From assembly GCF_000009045.1 (NCBI RefSeq), contig NC_000964.3:4110001-4142000 (forward strand): a stretch of 32,000 bases of DNA. The letters are read 5' to 3'. The notes under the pieces are model-generated. The model made no database searches. It saw only the letters and a program-made list of their open reading frames with translations, and was not told the DNA's origin. The position numbers were made by a program, and so were the translations under genes. Origin of the DNA: Bacillus subtilis subsp. subtilis str. 168. GTDB lineage: Bacteria; Bacillota; Bacilli; Bacillales; Bacillaceae. Positions 1 through 13,055 of this stretch are shown piece after piece. The first letter of the stretch is position 1; every line of letters begins with the position of its first letter.

Positions 1-247
1 CATCATTGAAGACGGAGCAGGGTTTTTATTATCCTTCCTTCCATTGTTGTTCATCCCGGCAATGACAGGAGTGATAAACTATCCGTCTCTCATTTCATTC
101 AATGGCCTGATGCTGCTGATTACAGTCGTTCTCAGCACCATCGTCACGATCATTGCGGCTGGATTCGCCAGCCAGCTATTAGAGAAAAAAGCAAAAAAAC
201 GGGAGGAGAAAGAGAAATGCAGCAAGCATGTATCGCGATCATTATAA
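1..247 (+). CDS. yxzK: LrgA/CidA (holin-like) family membrane protein, 3' part only (5' end outside window)
   Basis: Frame open from base 2: IIEDGAGFLLSFLPLLFIPAMTGVINYPSL... typical LrgA C-terminal half; overlaps the following LrgB-like gene. Confidence 0.7.
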   Translation, partial: IIEDGAGFLLSFLPLLFIPAMTGVINYPSLISFNGLMLLITVVLSTIVTIIAAGFASQLLEKKAKKREEKEKCSKHVSRSL

Positions 248-909
248 TTCTTTTAACAGTTGCCGCTTATTTAGCGATGGTCAAACTCTATAAGCGATTC
301 CCGCTTCCATTTCTGATCCCTGTTCTGACAACGACAATTTTGATTGTAGCGGCTTTGATGATGTTTCATGTTTCCTATGAAGGCTATATGATCGGGGGGA
401 AATGGATCAATTCTTTGCTTGGGCCGGCTGTTGTGGCGCTGGCCTATCCGCTTTATAAGCAATGGCATATCATTGTCAAACATTGTGTTCCCATTTTAGG
501 CGGCGTCCTGGTCGGCTTATGCATGGGAATGATCAGCGGGCTGATCTTCGCAGAAGCATTCGGGATTGATCATGATCTCTTATTATCCATTCTGCCAAAA
601 TCGATCACAACCCCTGTCGCTATTCAGATCGCCGCCGGTCTTGGCGGCGTCCCTTCCATGACAGTCGTATTTGTCATGATTGCGGGCTTTTCAGGCGTCA
701 TCCTCGGGCCGCTTTTCCTAAAATGGCTTCGCATACGCAGCTCCCTAGGACAAGGCATTGCATTAGGCAGCGCCTCCCATGCACTGGGTACCTCCAAAGC
801 GTTGGAATATGGGGAATTGGCCGTATCCATGAGTTCCGTCTCCATGACGCTTTGTGCGGTGCTCGGCTCATTCTTCGGCCCGCTCGTCGTCTGGCTGTTT
901 CATATTTAA
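217..909 (+). CDS. yxaC: LrgB/CidB family putative murein hydrolase exporter/regulator
   Basis: 230-aa multi-TM ORF with LrgB-like KSITTPVAIQIAAGLGGVPSMTVVFVMIAGFSGVILG; translationally coupled to the LrgA-like gene. Confidence 0.85.
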   Translation: MQQACIAIIIILLTVAAYLAMVKLYKRFPLPFLIPVLTTTILIVAALMMFHVSYEGYMIGGKWINSLLGPAVVALAYPLYKQWHIIVKHCVPILGGVLVGLCMGMISGLIFAEAFGIDHDLLLSILPKSITTPVAIQIAAGLGGVPSMTVVFVMIAGFSGVILGPLFLKWLRIRSSLGQGIALGSASHALGTSKALEYGELAVSMSSVSMTLCAVLGSFFGPLVVWLFHI

Positions 910-914
910 CAAAG

Positions 915-945
915 AAAGACTGCCCCGGGGGAGGGCAGTCTTTTT
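915..945 (+). terminator. Rho-independent terminator after yxaC
   Basis: AAAGACTGCCC ... GGGCAGTCTTT perfect 11-bp stem followed by T-run. Confidence 0.85.
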
Positions 946-948
946 CGT

Positions 949-1980
949 TTAAGAAGCAAAAAAATCAATCAACGGCTGAAAGTCCTTAGATAAATCAACG
1001 TCATTCGGTTCTGCTTGAAGCAGGCGGTCAATCATACGCTCCAGCTCCTCAACATCATTCTTATCCGTATATTCAATGAAGTTTAAGCTTTCAAGCCAAT
1101 CCCGATATGAATGTTTGGCTTTGCCATAGCTGTTTCCAAAGACAAGGCAAGGTGTTTTGGTGATAATCGAGAAAATCATCGCGTGAAGGCGGTCGGTAAT
1201 CACCAATTTACTGGAGCCGATGCGGTCCAGCATCTCCATAAAATGCTTTTCACGATCAGCGTAATCGATGGTGTCTACCGTATCCAGCACCGTATCGGTA
1301 CGCTCTGTGTAAGTTGTTTTTTCTGCCCATTGCTTCATCTGTGAAATAAAATCTTCGTCAGTCACTTTCTCCTTATCCGCTCTTAAAATAAAGAGAACGC
1401 CGTCCCGCTCGAGCTCTCGCGGCACAATATCCAAGGAAAGCACCATGTCCGGTGTAAAGATCACATTGGAGTTGAAGGTCTCTTTCACAACATCCAGTGT
1501 TTGCGTCTCACGCGCAGCAATCGTTAAGTTTGTATTTTGATGGTACGCATCCTGTGTTTTTTTCTTTTCCTTCTGTCCTTCCTCTGTATCCTCAAAATAA
1601 ACGGATTGTGGCAGAGAAATTGATTTGTAGTCTTTAAACGCCGAAAAGACCTTTCTTCTGTCTTCCTCAATATCGAGATAAAGGTTTCCTAAATTCCCTC
1701 CGCCTGTAAAGCAGACAATATCGTCTTCACGAATGATCTCCTTCACCAGTTCAATGCCCTCATCCGTCGCATAATCCATAATCTCAATGTATTCATAATA
1801 CGGAAAATGATTTTTGATAAATTTCTCTTCCGCATACGCAATCGCTTGGTCGCCAATGTTTGTGTAGCTAGGGGAACCAAACAAAAATACTTTTCGTTTA
1901 TCATTTAACAGAGCTTCCGGCTCCACATTTGGCGCAATGCCTTTTACTAGTTTTTTGCCTTTGATTTCTTGTACAGTCAT
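949..1980 (-). CDS. yxaB: Exopolysaccharide pyruvyltransferase-family protein
   Basis: ORF 949..2013 in track; likely start is MTVQEIKGKK (codon 12). Contains FLFGSPSYTNIGDQAIAYAEEKF and SSKLVITDRLHAMIFSIITKTPCLVFGNSYGK, typical of the pyruvyltransferase family. Confidence 0.85.
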   Translation of the reverse strand: MTVQEIKGKKLVKGIAPNVEPEALLNDKRKVFLFGSPSYTNIGDQAIAYAEEKFIKNHFPYYEYIEIMDYATDEGIELVKEIIREDDIVCFTGGGNLGNLYLDIEEDRRKVFSAFKDYKSISLPQSVYFEDTEEGQKEKKKTQDAYHQNTNLTIAARETQTLDVVKETFNSNVIFTPDMVLSLDIVPRELERDGVLFILRADKEKVTDEDFISQMKQWAEKTTYTERTDTVLDTVDTIDYADREKHFMEMLDRIGSSKLVITDRLHAMIFSIITKTPCLVFGNSYGKAKHSYRDWLESLNFIEYTDKNDVEELERMIDRLLQAEPNDVDLSKDFQPLIDFFAS

Positions 1981-2072
1981 ATCTGCGTCCTCCTTCTGGG
2001 ATGAATTCCTCATTGTGTGTTAACTGTCTCTACCCAAAAAGAAGGATGGCTATGCATTGGCATGTGCATCGG

Positions 2073-3221
2073 CTATATCAGAAACATCGTTTTCGCCAAT
2101 TTGATAGACGCTGCAATGTCCCGCGCCGTTCTTTCCATATATTCCGCGGCATGTTCAAACGCGTCTTCTAGTGGCACGGCTCCGGGGACGATGCTGAAAA
2201 GCGCATCGATTCCGTGTTGATAGACGGCATTACTGTCTCGGGAAATTGATCCCGCAATGCCGATAACGGGCACATCGTATGATTTAGCGGCCTTGGCCAC
2301 CCCGATCGGTGTTTTTCCATGAACCGTTTGGCTGTCGATTCGTCCCTCGCCGGTAATCACAAGGTCTGCATCCTGAACGATACTTTCAAAATCAACCGCT
2401 TCAAGGACAATATCAATGCCTCTTTTCAGGTCAGCCTGAAGATAAGTTAGCAGGCTCCATCCAAGACCGCCCGCTGCACCGGCGCCCTCTGTATCTCGGA
2501 AGGTTGATCCGAGCGCTTTTTCTGCCATATCAGCGAAATGGCTTACGTTCTGGTCTAGTACATCCAACATGTCGGCCGTCGCGCCTTTTTGCGGCCCGAA
2601 AACAGCCGTAGCACCCTTTGGTCCTGTTAACGGATTGTCCACGTCACAGGCAACTTCCAGTTTGACATTCCGCAATCTGGAATCAAGCCCGCTCACATCT
2701 ATTGATGCAAGCTGAGATAACGCGCCGCCCCCTGGGCCAATCTCGCTGCCTGAGTTATCAAGAAGCCTTCCGCCCAATGCCTGAATCATCCCGGCTCCCC
2801 CGTCGTTCGTGGCGCTTCCGCCGATTCCGATGATCAATCGCTCCGCTCCCGCATCAAGAGCTGCTCCGATTAATTCTCCCGTTCCCCTTGTTGTAGTGAT
2901 GAGCGGATTTCGCTTATCTACAGGCACCAGATGCAGCCCTGAAGCAGCAGCCATTTCAATCACAGCTGTTCTCCCATCTCCCATCATGCCAAAGAAAGCT
3001 CTCACCGGTTCCCCCAGCGGCCCTGTGACAACTTGCTCTATGATCCTTCCATTGGTCGCATCGACCAGAGATTGAACGGTTCCCTCGCCGCCATCCGCCA
3101 CCGGCAATTTTCTGTAATCAGCACCCGGAAAGACCGATTTGAAACCTCTTTCTATCGCTTCGGCTGCCTCCAGAGCTGATAAGCTTTCCTTAAAAGAATC
3201 AGGTGCAATGATGATTTTCAT
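2073..3221 (-). CDS. glxK: Glycerate kinase
   Basis: MKIIIAPDSFKESLSALEAAEAIERG... GGEGTVQSLVDAT... IIGIGGSATNDGGAGMIQALGG; GlxK-type glycerate kinase. Start at internal Met (codon 11 of the track ORF), giving 382 aa. Confidence 0.9.
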   Translation of the reverse strand: MKIIIAPDSFKESLSALEAAEAIERGFKSVFPGADYRKLPVADGGEGTVQSLVDATNGRIIEQVVTGPLGEPVRAFFGMMGDGRTAVIEMAAASGLHLVPVDKRNPLITTTRGTGELIGAALDAGAERLIIGIGGSATNDGGAGMIQALGGRLLDNSGSEIGPGGGALSQLASIDVSGLDSRLRNVKLEVACDVDNPLTGPKGATAVFGPQKGATADMLDVLDQNVSHFADMAEKALGSTFRDTEGAGAAGGLGWSLLTYLQADLKRGIDIVLEAVDFESIVQDADLVITGEGRIDSQTVHGKTPIGVAKAAKSYDVPVIGIAGSISRDSNAVYQHGIDALFSIVPGAVPLEDAFEHAAEYMERTARDIAASIKLAKTMFLI

Positions 3222-3345
3222 CCAAATCGCCTCTTTCAAAACATGATTCACTTAACCTATTGATCTCCAATGTACCATAATTGATCTGGAAATACATACC
3301 ATGCAATATGGTAAAAATTTAAATAAAAATTAGAAATGAAAGTGT

Positions 3346-3374
3346 TTGCATAAAAGAAATATTCACGTTATCAT
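3346..3374 (+). promoter_or_regulatory. Sigma-A-like promoter of the gnt operon
   Basis: TTGCAT (3346-3351), 17-bp spacer, TATCAT (3369-3374), immediately overlapping the operator. Confidence 0.7.
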
Positions 3375-3390
3375 ACTTGTATACAAGTAT
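3373..3390 (+). promoter_or_regulatory. GntR operator
   Basis: Perfect 18-bp palindrome ATACTTGTATACAAGTAT at the promoter/TSS of gntR; matches the known gnt operator. Confidence 0.9.
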
Positions 3391-3416
3391 ACTCCTTGAG
3401 TGAGGAAGGTGAGTGT

Positions 3417-4148
3417 ATGCTAGACTCCAAAGACCTGTTGTATCCCGCAAAATGGCTCTCAAAAGCGTCAACCGGAGTTCGTGTCGCATACGAGCTGAGA
3501 ATGCGGATCGTTTCAGGTCTGATTGAAAGCGGTACCATTTTATCAGAAAATACAATCGCCGCCGAGTTTTCAGTAAGCCGTTCGCCGGTTCGCGAAGCGC
3601 TAAAAATACTCGCATCCGAAAAAATCATCCGCTTAGAACGAATGGGAGCGGTCGTAATTGGTTTAACTGAGAAGAAAATCGCGGAAATTTATGATGTGCG
3701 GTTACTATTAGAAACATTTGTCTTTGAACGGCTTGTCAAAATAGACATTGAGCCTTTAGTTAAGGATCTCAGCAAAATTCTTGAAATGATGAAAGTCTCA
3801 ATCAAATATGAGGATGCTGACGAATTTTCATTTCAAGATGTGCTGTTCCATGAAACGATTATCCGAGCGATTGATCATTCATACATTCAGATGATCTGGA
3901 ACAATCTAAAACCCGTCATGGAAAGCTTTATTCTTTTATCGATGCGGGTACGGTTAAAGGAAAAGTATGAAGACTTCACAAGGATTTTAGATAACCACGA
4001 GCTTTATATTCAAGCCATCAAAACAAAGGATAGGGCGCTGATGATTCAGTCTCTTCACCAAAACTTTGATGATGTGCAGGATAAGGTAGAAGACCTATGG
4101 CTCTCACAACAAATGCTGGCAAAAGGAGCTGAATACAACAATGACTAG
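3417..4148 (+). CDS. gntR: GntR transcriptional repressor of the gluconate operon
   Basis: MLDSKDLLYPAKWLSKASTGVRVAYELRMRIVSGLIESGTILSENTIAAEFSVSRSPVREALKILASE; wHTH GntR/FadR family; first gene of gntRKPZ. 243 aa from ATG 3417. Confidence 0.95.
   Translation: MLDSKDLLYPAKWLSKASTGVRVAYELRMRIVSGLIESGTILSENTIAAEFSVSRSPVREALKILASEKIIRLERMGAVVIGLTEKKIAEIYDVRLLLETFVFERLVKIDIEPLVKDLSKILEMMKVSIKYEDADEFSFQDVLFHETIIRAIDHSYIQMIWNNLKPVMESFILLSMRVRLKEKYEDFTRILDNHELYIQAIKTKDRALMIQSLHQNFDDVQDKVEDLWLSQQMLAKGAEYNND
3523..3537 (+). promoter_or_regulatory. CcpA catabolite-responsive element (cre) inside gntR
   Basis: TTGAAAGCGGTACCA fits WTGNAANCGNWNNCW; position corresponds to the known intragenic cre of the gnt operon. 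Confidence 0.85.
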
Positions 4149-5682
4149 TTATATGTTAGGAATCGATATCGGCACGACAAGCACAAAAGCTGTGCTGTTC
4201 AGTGAAAACGGAGATGTGGTACAGAAAGAAAGCATCGGCTACCCGCTCTATACACCGGACATCTCAACAGCTGAACAAAATCCGGAAGAGATTTTTCAGG
4301 CAGTCATCCATACAACAGCGAGAATTACAAAACAGCATCCCGAAAAACGGATCTCTTTCATTTCGTTCAGCAGCGCCATGCACAGCGTCATTGCAATCGA
4401 CGAAAATGACAAGCCGCTGACGCCATGCATTACATGGGCCGACAACAGAAGTGAAGGCTGGGCGCATAAGATCAAAGAGGAATTGAACGGACATGAGGTG
4501 TACAAACGGACGGGAACACCGATTCATCCGATGGCACCGTTAAGTAAAATTGCCTGGATCACGAATGAAAGAAAAGAAATCGCTTCCAAGGCAAAAAAAT
4601 ATATCGGCATCAAAGAATACATTTTTAAACAGCTGTTCAATGAGTATGTCATCGATTACTCATTGGCATCAGCGACAGGCATGATGAACCTGAAGGGCTT
4701 GGATTGGGACGAAGAGGCACTGCGCATCGCAGGCATCACGCCGGATCACTTATCCAAACTCGTGCCGACAACCGAGATCTTTCAGCACTGCAGCCCGGAA
4801 ATAGCGATCCAAATGGGAATCGATCCGGAAACGCCTTTTGTCATCGGCGCCAGCGACGGCGTGCTGTCCAACCTCGGCGTCAACGCCATTAAAAAGGGTG
4901 AAATCGCCGTCACCATCGGTACAAGCGGTGCCATTCGGACGATTATTGACAAGCCGCAAACCGATGAAAAAGGGAGAATTTTTTGCTATGCCTTGACGGA
5001 CAAGCATTGGGTTATTGGGGGACCTGTGAACAATGGGGGCATCGTCCTTCGCTGGATCAGAGACGAGTTTGCCTCCTCCGAAATCGAAACAGCGACACGG
5101 CTGGGCATTGATCCATATGACGTGCTGACGAAAATTGCCCAACGCGTCAGACCCGGTTCTGACGGTCTGCTGTTCCACCCATATCTCGCCGGAGAACGCG
5201 CTCCGTTGTGGAATCCGGATGTACGCGGCTCATTTTTCGGCTTGACCATGTCGCATAAGAAAGAGCATATGATACGCGCGGCATTGGAAGGCGTCATTTA
5301 CAACCTGTACACGGTGTTCTTGGCGTTAACTGAATGCATGGATGGCCCGGTAACCCGCATCCAAGCGACAGGGGGTTTTGCAAGGTCGGAGGTTTGGCGC
5401 CAAATGATGTCGGATATCTTCGAATCAGAGGTTGTCGTTCCGGAAAGCTACGAAAGCTCATGTCTCGGCGCCTGCATTTTAGGCCTGTATGCAACAGGAA
5501 AAATCGATTCTTTCGACGCCGTGTCCGATATGATCGGCAGCACATACAGACATACGCCGATCGAAGACTCAGCCAAGGAATACAGAACATTAATGCCGAT
5601 TTTCATCAATCTATCAAGATTATTAGAAAATCAATATACACAAATTGCAGATTATCAGAGGGGCTTAATCACACACAAATAG
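4141..5682 (+). CDS. gntK: Gluconokinase (FGGY family)
   Basis: MTSYMLGIDIGTTSTKAVLF... FGGY kinase; overlaps gntR by 8 bp. Confidence 0.95.
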   Translation: MTSYMLGIDIGTTSTKAVLFSENGDVVQKESIGYPLYTPDISTAEQNPEEIFQAVIHTTARITKQHPEKRISFISFSSAMHSVIAIDENDKPLTPCITWADNRSEGWAHKIKEELNGHEVYKRTGTPIHPMAPLSKIAWITNERKEIASKAKKYIGIKEYIFKQLFNEYVIDYSLASATGMMNLKGLDWDEEALRIAGITPDHLSKLVPTTEIFQHCSPEIAIQMGIDPETPFVIGASDGVLSNLGVNAIKKGEIAVTIGTSGAIRTIIDKPQTDEKGRIFCYALTDKHWVIGGPVNNGGIVLRWIRDEFASSEIETATRLGIDPYDVLTKIAQRVRPGSDGLLFHPYLAGERAPLWNPDVRGSFFGLTMSHKKEHMIRAALEGVIYNLYTVFLALTECMDGPVTRIQATGGFARSEVWRQMMSDIFESEVVVPESYESSCLGACILGLYATGKIDSFDAVSDMIGSTYRHTPIEDSAKEYRTLMPIFINLSRLLENQYTQIADYQRGLITHK

Positions 5683-5710
5683 TACATGACATGAAGGGGA
5701 GGGCATTACC

Positions 5711-7057
5711 ATGCCGTTAATCATCGTTGCACTTGGGATCTTAGCATTACTATTTCTGATTATGGGCTTAAAATTAAACACATTTATTTCCCTGCTGGTC
5801 GTATCGTTCGGCGTGGCACTGGCACTCGGGATGCCGTTCGATAAAGTTGTCAGCTCCATCGAAGCAGGAATAGGGGGGACTCTTGGCCACATCGCGCTCA
5901 TCTTCGGACTCGGTGCGATGCTGGGCAAACTGATCGCGGATTCAGGAGGCGCACAGCGCATTGCGATGACGCTCGTCAACAAATTCGGTGAGAAAAATAT
6001 TCAATGGGCCGTTGTCATTGCCTCATTCATTATTGGGATTGCGTTATTTTTTGAAGTAGGACTGGTTCTATTAATTCCGATTGTCTTTGCGATTTCAAGA
6101 GAATTGAAGATTTCTATTTTATTTCTCGGAATCCCGATGGTCGCGGCACTATCCGTCACACACGGTTTCCTGCCGCCGCACCCGGGACCTACGGCGATCG
6201 CCGGTGAGTATGGCGCAAACATTGGAGAAGTGCTGCTGTACGGCTTTATCGTTGCTGTTCCGACAGTGCTCATTGCAGGGCCGTTATTTACAAAGTTCGC
6301 GAAAAAAATCGTTCCTGCATCATTTGCGAAAAACGGCAATATTGCATCACTCGGCACACAAAAAACATTTAACCTTGAAGAAACACCCGGCTTTGGAATC
6401 AGTGTCTTTACTGCAATGCTCCCGATTATCATCATGTCGGTCGCGACCATTATCGACCTGCTTCAAGAAACAATCGGGTTTGCAGATAACGGAGTTTTAG
6501 CTTTTATCAGATTGATTGGAAACGCATCGACTGCTATGATTATTTCGTTATTGGTCGCAGTCTATACAATGGGCATCAAGCGCAACATTCCAGTCAAAAC
6601 CGTGATGGATTCTTGTTCAACTGCCATTTCACAAATCGGCATGATGCTTTTGATCATCGGAGGAGGCGGCGCCTTCAAACAAGTGCTGATCAACGGCGGT
6701 GTCGGCGATTACGTAGCAGACTTATTCAAAGGAACGGCATTATCGCCAATCATTCTGGCATGGCTCATCGCAGCGATCCTGCGCATTTCTCTAGGATCGG
6801 CGACTGTTGCCGCACTAAGCACAACAGGTCTGGTCATTCCGTTATTGGGCCATTCTGATGTTAACCTGGCGTTAGTCGTACTCGCAACAGGAGCCGGAAG
6901 TGTCATCGCTTCACACGTCAATGACGCCGGCTTCTGGATGTTCAAGGAATACTTCGGATTAAGCATGAAAGAAACATTCGCCACATGGACATTGCTGGAA
7001 ACCATTATTTCCGTTGCTGGACTGGGATTCATTTTATTGTTAAGTTTAGTTGTATGA
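5711..7057 (+). CDS. gntP: Gluconate permease (GntP family)
   Basis: 448-aa multi-TM protein with [25 protein letters not shown], typical of GntP. Confidence 0.95.
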   Translation: MPLIIVALGILALLFLIMGLKLNTFISLLVVSFGVALALGMPFDKVVSSIEAGIGGTLGHIALIFGLGAMLGKLIADSGGAQRIAMTLVNKFGEKNIQWAVVIASFIIGIALFFEVGLVLLIPIVFAISRELKISILFLGIPMVAALSVTHGFLPPHPGPTAIAGEYGANIGEVLLYGFIVAVPTVLIAGPLFTKFAKKIVPASFAKNGNIASLGTQKTFNLEETPGFGISVFTAMLPIIIMSVATIIDLLQETIGFADNGVLAFIRLIGNASTAMIISLLVAVYTMGIKRNIPVKTVMDSCSTAISQIGMMLLIIGGGGAFKQVLINGGVGDYVADLFKGTALSPIILAWLIAAILRISLGSATVAALSTTGLVIPLLGHSDVNLALVVLATGAGSVIASHVNDAGFWMFKEYFGLSMKETFATWTLLETIISVAGLGFILLLSLVV

Positions 7058-7079
7058 AATTAAGAAGGAGCTGTAACAC

Positions 7080-8486
7080 ATGTTCAATTCGATTGGTGTC
7101 ATAGGCTTAGGCGTAATGGGAAGCAACATCGCCTTAAACATGGCAAATAAAGGCGAAAACGTCGCTGTCTATAATTACACCAGAGATTTAACGGACCAGC
7201 TTATCCAAAAGCTGGATGGACAATCTCTCAGCCCGTATTACGAGCTTGAGGACTTTGTTCAATCGTTAGAAAAACCAAGAAAAATCTTTTTGATGGTCAC
7301 AGCGGGAAAACCCGTAGATTCCGTCATCCAATCATTAAAGCCTTTGCTTGAAGAAGGCGACGTCATCATGGACGGAGGAAACTCCCACTATGAAGACACA
7401 GAAAGAAGATATGACGAGCTGAAGGAAAAAGGGATCGGCTACCTGGGAGTCGGCATTTCCGGCGGTGAAGTCGGTGCGTTAACAGGGCCTTCCATCATGC
7501 CGGGCGGAGATCGCGACGTCTATGAGAAAGCCGCTCCTATCCTGACGAAAATCGCAGCCCAAGTCGGAGATGACCCTTGCTGTGTCTATATCGGACCAAA
7601 AGGGGCAGGGCACTTTACAAAAATGGTGCACAACGGCATTGAATATGCCGACATGCAGCTGATTGCAGAAGCTTATACGTTTCTAAGAGAAACGCTTCGT
7701 CTGCCGCTAGATGAAATTGCATCTATTTTTGAAACATGGAATCAAGGTGAGCTGAAAAGCTATTTAATAGAGATTACAGCTGAGATTTTACGCAAAAAAG
7801 ACGAAAAAACAGGACAGCCTCTGATCGATGTCATCCTTGATAAAACCGGCCAAAAAGGCACCGGAAAATGGACGAGCATGCAGGCGATTGATAACGGCAT
7901 CCCGTCCACGATCATCACAGAGTCCTTGTTCGCCCGCTACTTGTCATCTTTAAAAGAAGAACGGATGGCAGCTCAAGATGTATTAGCAGGCCCGGAAGCC
8001 GAAGAAAAACACTTGGATAAAGACACTTGGATTGAATACGTCAGACAGGCTCTTTACATGGGGAAAGTATGCGCCTATGCACAAGGCTTTGCCCAATATA
8101 AGATGTCATCTGAGCTTTACGGCTGGAATCTGCCGCTCAAAGACATCGCCTTGATTTTCCGAGGCGGCTGCATCATCCGCGCTGATTTCCTAAACGTGAT
8201 CAGCGAAGCATTCAGTGAGCAGCCAAATCTGGCTAACCTGCTGATCGCGCCTTATTTCACAGATAAGCTCCATGCCTATCAAACAGGCCTGCGAAAAGTC
8301 GTTTGCGAGGGTATCAGCACCGGAATCTCTTTCCCATGCTTAACTACCGCGCTCTCTTATTACGACGGCTACCGCACAGGGCGTTCCAATGCGAACCTCT
8401 TGCAGGCACAGCGCGATTACTTTGGCGCTCACACGTACGAACGGACTGATATGGACGGCGTCTTCCATACGAATTGGTCTGAATAA
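7080..8486 (+). CDS. gntZ: 6-phosphogluconate dehydrogenase, decarboxylating
   Basis: GVIGLGVMGSNIALNMANKGENVAVYNYT... IMDGGNSHYEDTERR...; 468 aa; last gene of the gnt operon. Confidence 0.95.
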   Translation: MFNSIGVIGLGVMGSNIALNMANKGENVAVYNYTRDLTDQLIQKLDGQSLSPYYELEDFVQSLEKPRKIFLMVTAGKPVDSVIQSLKPLLEEGDVIMDGGNSHYEDTERRYDELKEKGIGYLGVGISGGEVGALTGPSIMPGGDRDVYEKAAPILTKIAAQVGDDPCCVYIGPKGAGHFTKMVHNGIEYADMQLIAEAYTFLRETLRLPLDEIASIFETWNQGELKSYLIEITAEILRKKDEKTGQPLIDVILDKTGQKGTGKWTSMQAIDNGIPSTIITESLFARYLSSLKEERMAAQDVLAGPEAEEKHLDKDTWIEYVRQALYMGKVCAYAQGFAQYKMSSELYGWNLPLKDIALIFRGGCIIRADFLNVISEAFSEQPNLANLLIAPYFTDKLHAYQTGLRKVVCEGISTGISFPCLTTALSYYDGYRTGRSNANLLQAQRDYFGAHTYERTDMDGVFHTNWSE

Positions 8487-8494
8487 CCTGTATT

Positions 8495-8532
8495 AAAAAC
8501 ACGGTCAGTTTCAACTGAACCGTGTTTTTTTC
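8495..8532 (+). terminator. Rho-independent terminator of the gnt operon
   Basis: AAAAACACGGTCAGTT TC AACTGAACCGTGTTTTTT. Confidence 0.85.
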
Positions 8533-8885
8533 TTCTATCCCAAACAACAGAAGACATAAGTTATGTTTTAAATATCATAAACAGTGATACAATAATAGCT
8601 AGAAACAATCCCCAAGATCATCATGTGACAGCAGATTGCTGTTCCGTTCTATTCTGCTTTTGGCCATTGTCCTTTGCCCTTGACCATGGTGTCATAAAAT
8701 GTTCAAATGCCAAAACGGCCTGGCATTCTGATTTACAAAAGTCCCTGAAAACCTTATCTAATTGAGAATCAGCCTCTCATTTATTATAAAAGAAATGCCT
8801 AAATCCTACCTGTCACACCTTTATTAAGATGAAAAAAAGTAGGTTATGGCTTGACAAAAAATATATATTAATTAATAATTCATAT

Positions 8886-8899
8886 ATAATTAGAATTAT
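8886..8899 (+). promoter_or_regulatory. Candidate PerR box upstream of ahpC
   Basis: ATAATTAGAATTAT near-palindrome in TATAATTAGAATTATTA, about 50 bp upstream of ahpC; resembles TTATAATnATTATAA. Confidence 0.6.
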
Positions 8900-8949
8900 T
8901 ATTGAAAGCGATTATGCTTTCTAATACATTTTTAGGAGGAATATACATT

Positions 8950-9513
8950 ATGTCTTTAATCGGTAAAGAAGTACTTCCATTCGAAGCAAAAGCATTCAAA
9001 AACGGTGAATTCATCGATGTAACAAACGAAGATTTGAAAGGCCAATGGAGCGTATTCTGCTTCTACCCAGCAGATTTCTCTTTCGTATGCCCAACTGAGC
9101 TTGAAGATCTTCAAGAACAATATGCTGCACTTAAAGAATTAGGTGTTGAAGTATACTCTGTTTCTACAGATACTCACTTCGTACACAAAGGCTGGCATGA
9201 CAGCTCTGAAAAAATCAGCAAAATCACTTACGCAATGATCGGTGACCCATCTCAAACGATCTCTCGCAACTTCGATGTTCTTGACGAAGAAACTGGCCTT
9301 GCTGACCGCGGAACATTCATCATCGATCCAGACGGCGTTATCCAAACTGTTGAAATCAATGCAGGCGGTATCGGCCGTGACGCAAGCAACCTTGTAAACA
9401 AAGTAAAAGCAGCTCAATACGTTCGTCAAAACCCAGGTGAAGTTTGCCCGGCTAAATGGGAAGAAGGCGGCGAAACTCTTACACCTAGCCTTGATCTAGT
9501 AGGTAAAATCTAA
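8950..9513 (+). CDS. ahpC: Alkyl hydroperoxide reductase subunit C (peroxiredoxin)
   Basis: [21 protein letters not shown]... [16 protein letters not shown]... GEVCPAKW; start chosen at the ATG after GGAGG (8950), giving 187 aa. Confidence 0.95.
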   Translation: MSLIGKEVLPFEAKAFKNGEFIDVTNEDLKGQWSVFCFYPADFSFVCPTELEDLQEQYAALKELGVEVYSVSTDTHFVHKGWHDSSEKISKITYAMIGDPSQTISRNFDVLDEETGLADRGTFIIDPDGVIQTVEINAGGIGRDASNLVNKVKAAQYVRQNPGEVCPAKWEEGGETLTPSLDLVGKI

Positions 9514-9526
9514 GGAGTGCATTCAA

Positions 9527-11056
9527 TTGGTACTTGATGCAAATATCAAAGCACAATTAAATCAATATATGCAGCTAATTGAGAATGACATTGTTCTCAA
9601 AGTTAGCGCAGGCGAAGATGACACTTCTAAGGACATGCTGGCTCTCGTTGATGAGCTGGCTTCCATGTCATCGAAAATTTCAGTTGAAAAAGCTGAATTA
9701 AACAGAACGCCGAGCTTCAGTGTCAATCGTGTCGGAGAAGACACTGGCGTGACTTTCGCCGGTATCCCTCTGGGCCACGAATTCACATCATTAGTGTTGG
9801 CGTTGCTCCAAGTGAGCGGCAGACCGCCTAAGGTAGACCAAAAAGTCATTGATCAGGTGAAGAAGATCAGTGGTGAATACCACTTCGAATCTTATATCAG
9901 CCTGACATGCCACAACTGTCCTGATGTTGTACAAGCTTTAAACATGATGAGCGTGCTGAACCCGAACATTACGCACACGATGATTGACGGTGCAGCATAC
10001 AAAGCAGAAGTTGAAAGCAAAAACATCATGGCAGTGCCGACCGTTTACCTGAATGGCGAATCCTTCGGAAGCGGCCGTATGACGCTTGAAGAAATTCTTG
10101 CGAAAATGGGCAGCGGCACAGATGCATCTGAGTTTGCTGACAAAGAGCCGTTTGACGTTCTTGTGGTCGGAGGCGGACCTGCTGGTGCAAGTGCAGCGAT
10201 CTACACTGCACGTAAAGGCATCCGAACTGGTGTTGTCGCTGAGCGCTTCGGCGGACAGGTTCTCGACACCATGAGCATCGAAAACTTCATCAGCGTCAAA
10301 GCGACGGAAGGACCGAAGCTAGCGGCAAGTCTTGAAGAGCATGTGAAGGAATATGATATTGATGTCATGAACCTTCAGCGTGCGAAACGCCTTGAGAAGA
10401 AAGATCTGTTCGAACTTGAACTCGAAAACGGCGCTGTCCTGAAAAGTAAAACAGTGATCCTTTCAACAGGTGCACGCTGGCGCAATGTCAACGTCCCCGG
10501 TGAACAAGAGTTCAAAAACAAAGGTGTCGCATACTGCCCGCACTGTGATGGGCCATTGTTTGAAGGCAAAGACGTTGCGGTAATCGGCGGCGGAAACTCT
10601 GGTATCGAAGCAGCGATTGATCTTGCAGGTATTGTCAATCACGTTACTGTACTAGAATTCGCGCCGGAACTGAAAGCAGACGAAGTCCTGCAAAAACGTC
10701 TCTACAGCCTGCCTAACGTTACTGTCGTGAAAAACGCACAAACAAAAGAAATCACAGGTGATCAGAGTGTTAACGGCATCACATATGTAGACCGCGAAAC
10801 AGGCGAAGAAAAACACGTTGAACTTCAAGGTGTATTCGTCCAAATCGGTCTCGTGCCAAACACAGAATGGTTAGAAGGAACGGTTGAACGCAACCGCATG
10901 GGCGAAATTATTGTCGACAAACACGGCGCAACAAGCGTACCAGGCTTATTTGCTGCCGGCGACTGCACAGACAGTGCGTACAACCAAATTATTATTTCTA
11001 TGGGATCAGGTGCAACTGCCGCCCTCGGCGCGTTTGATTACCTAATCCGTAACTAA
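9527..11056 (+). CDS. ahpF: Alkyl hydroperoxide reductase subunit F (NADH:peroxiredoxin reductase)
   Basis: 509 aa; N-terminal thioredoxin-like CHNCPD, FAD motif [19 protein letters not shown], redox CPHCDG. Confidence 0.95.
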
Positions 11057-11062
11057 TATAAG

Positions 11063-11106
11063 AAATCCGCTATATTGCCAGATTGGCAGGATAGCGGATT
11101 TTTCTT
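11063..11106 (+). terminator. Terminator after ahpF
   Basis: AAATCCGCTAT ... ATAGCGGATTTTTCTTTTTC. Confidence 0.8.
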
Positions 11107-11165
11107 TTTCTACAGAAAAAAACCGAACCAGGCACTACGGTAAAAGTGCTCGATTCGAGCGCTTC

Positions 11166-13036
<1,871 letters not shown>

Positions 13037-13055
13037 TTCACCCACCCCTTCGTTT

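Noticed and set aside
271-483. Track ORFs antisense to yxaC and other known genes (e.g. 271..483, 624..845, 4264..4527, 9139..9429, 18560..19045, 29898..30137)
   Set aside because: They lie opposite well-supported coding frames, lack family motifs and are expected spurious frames from codon bias on the coding strand.
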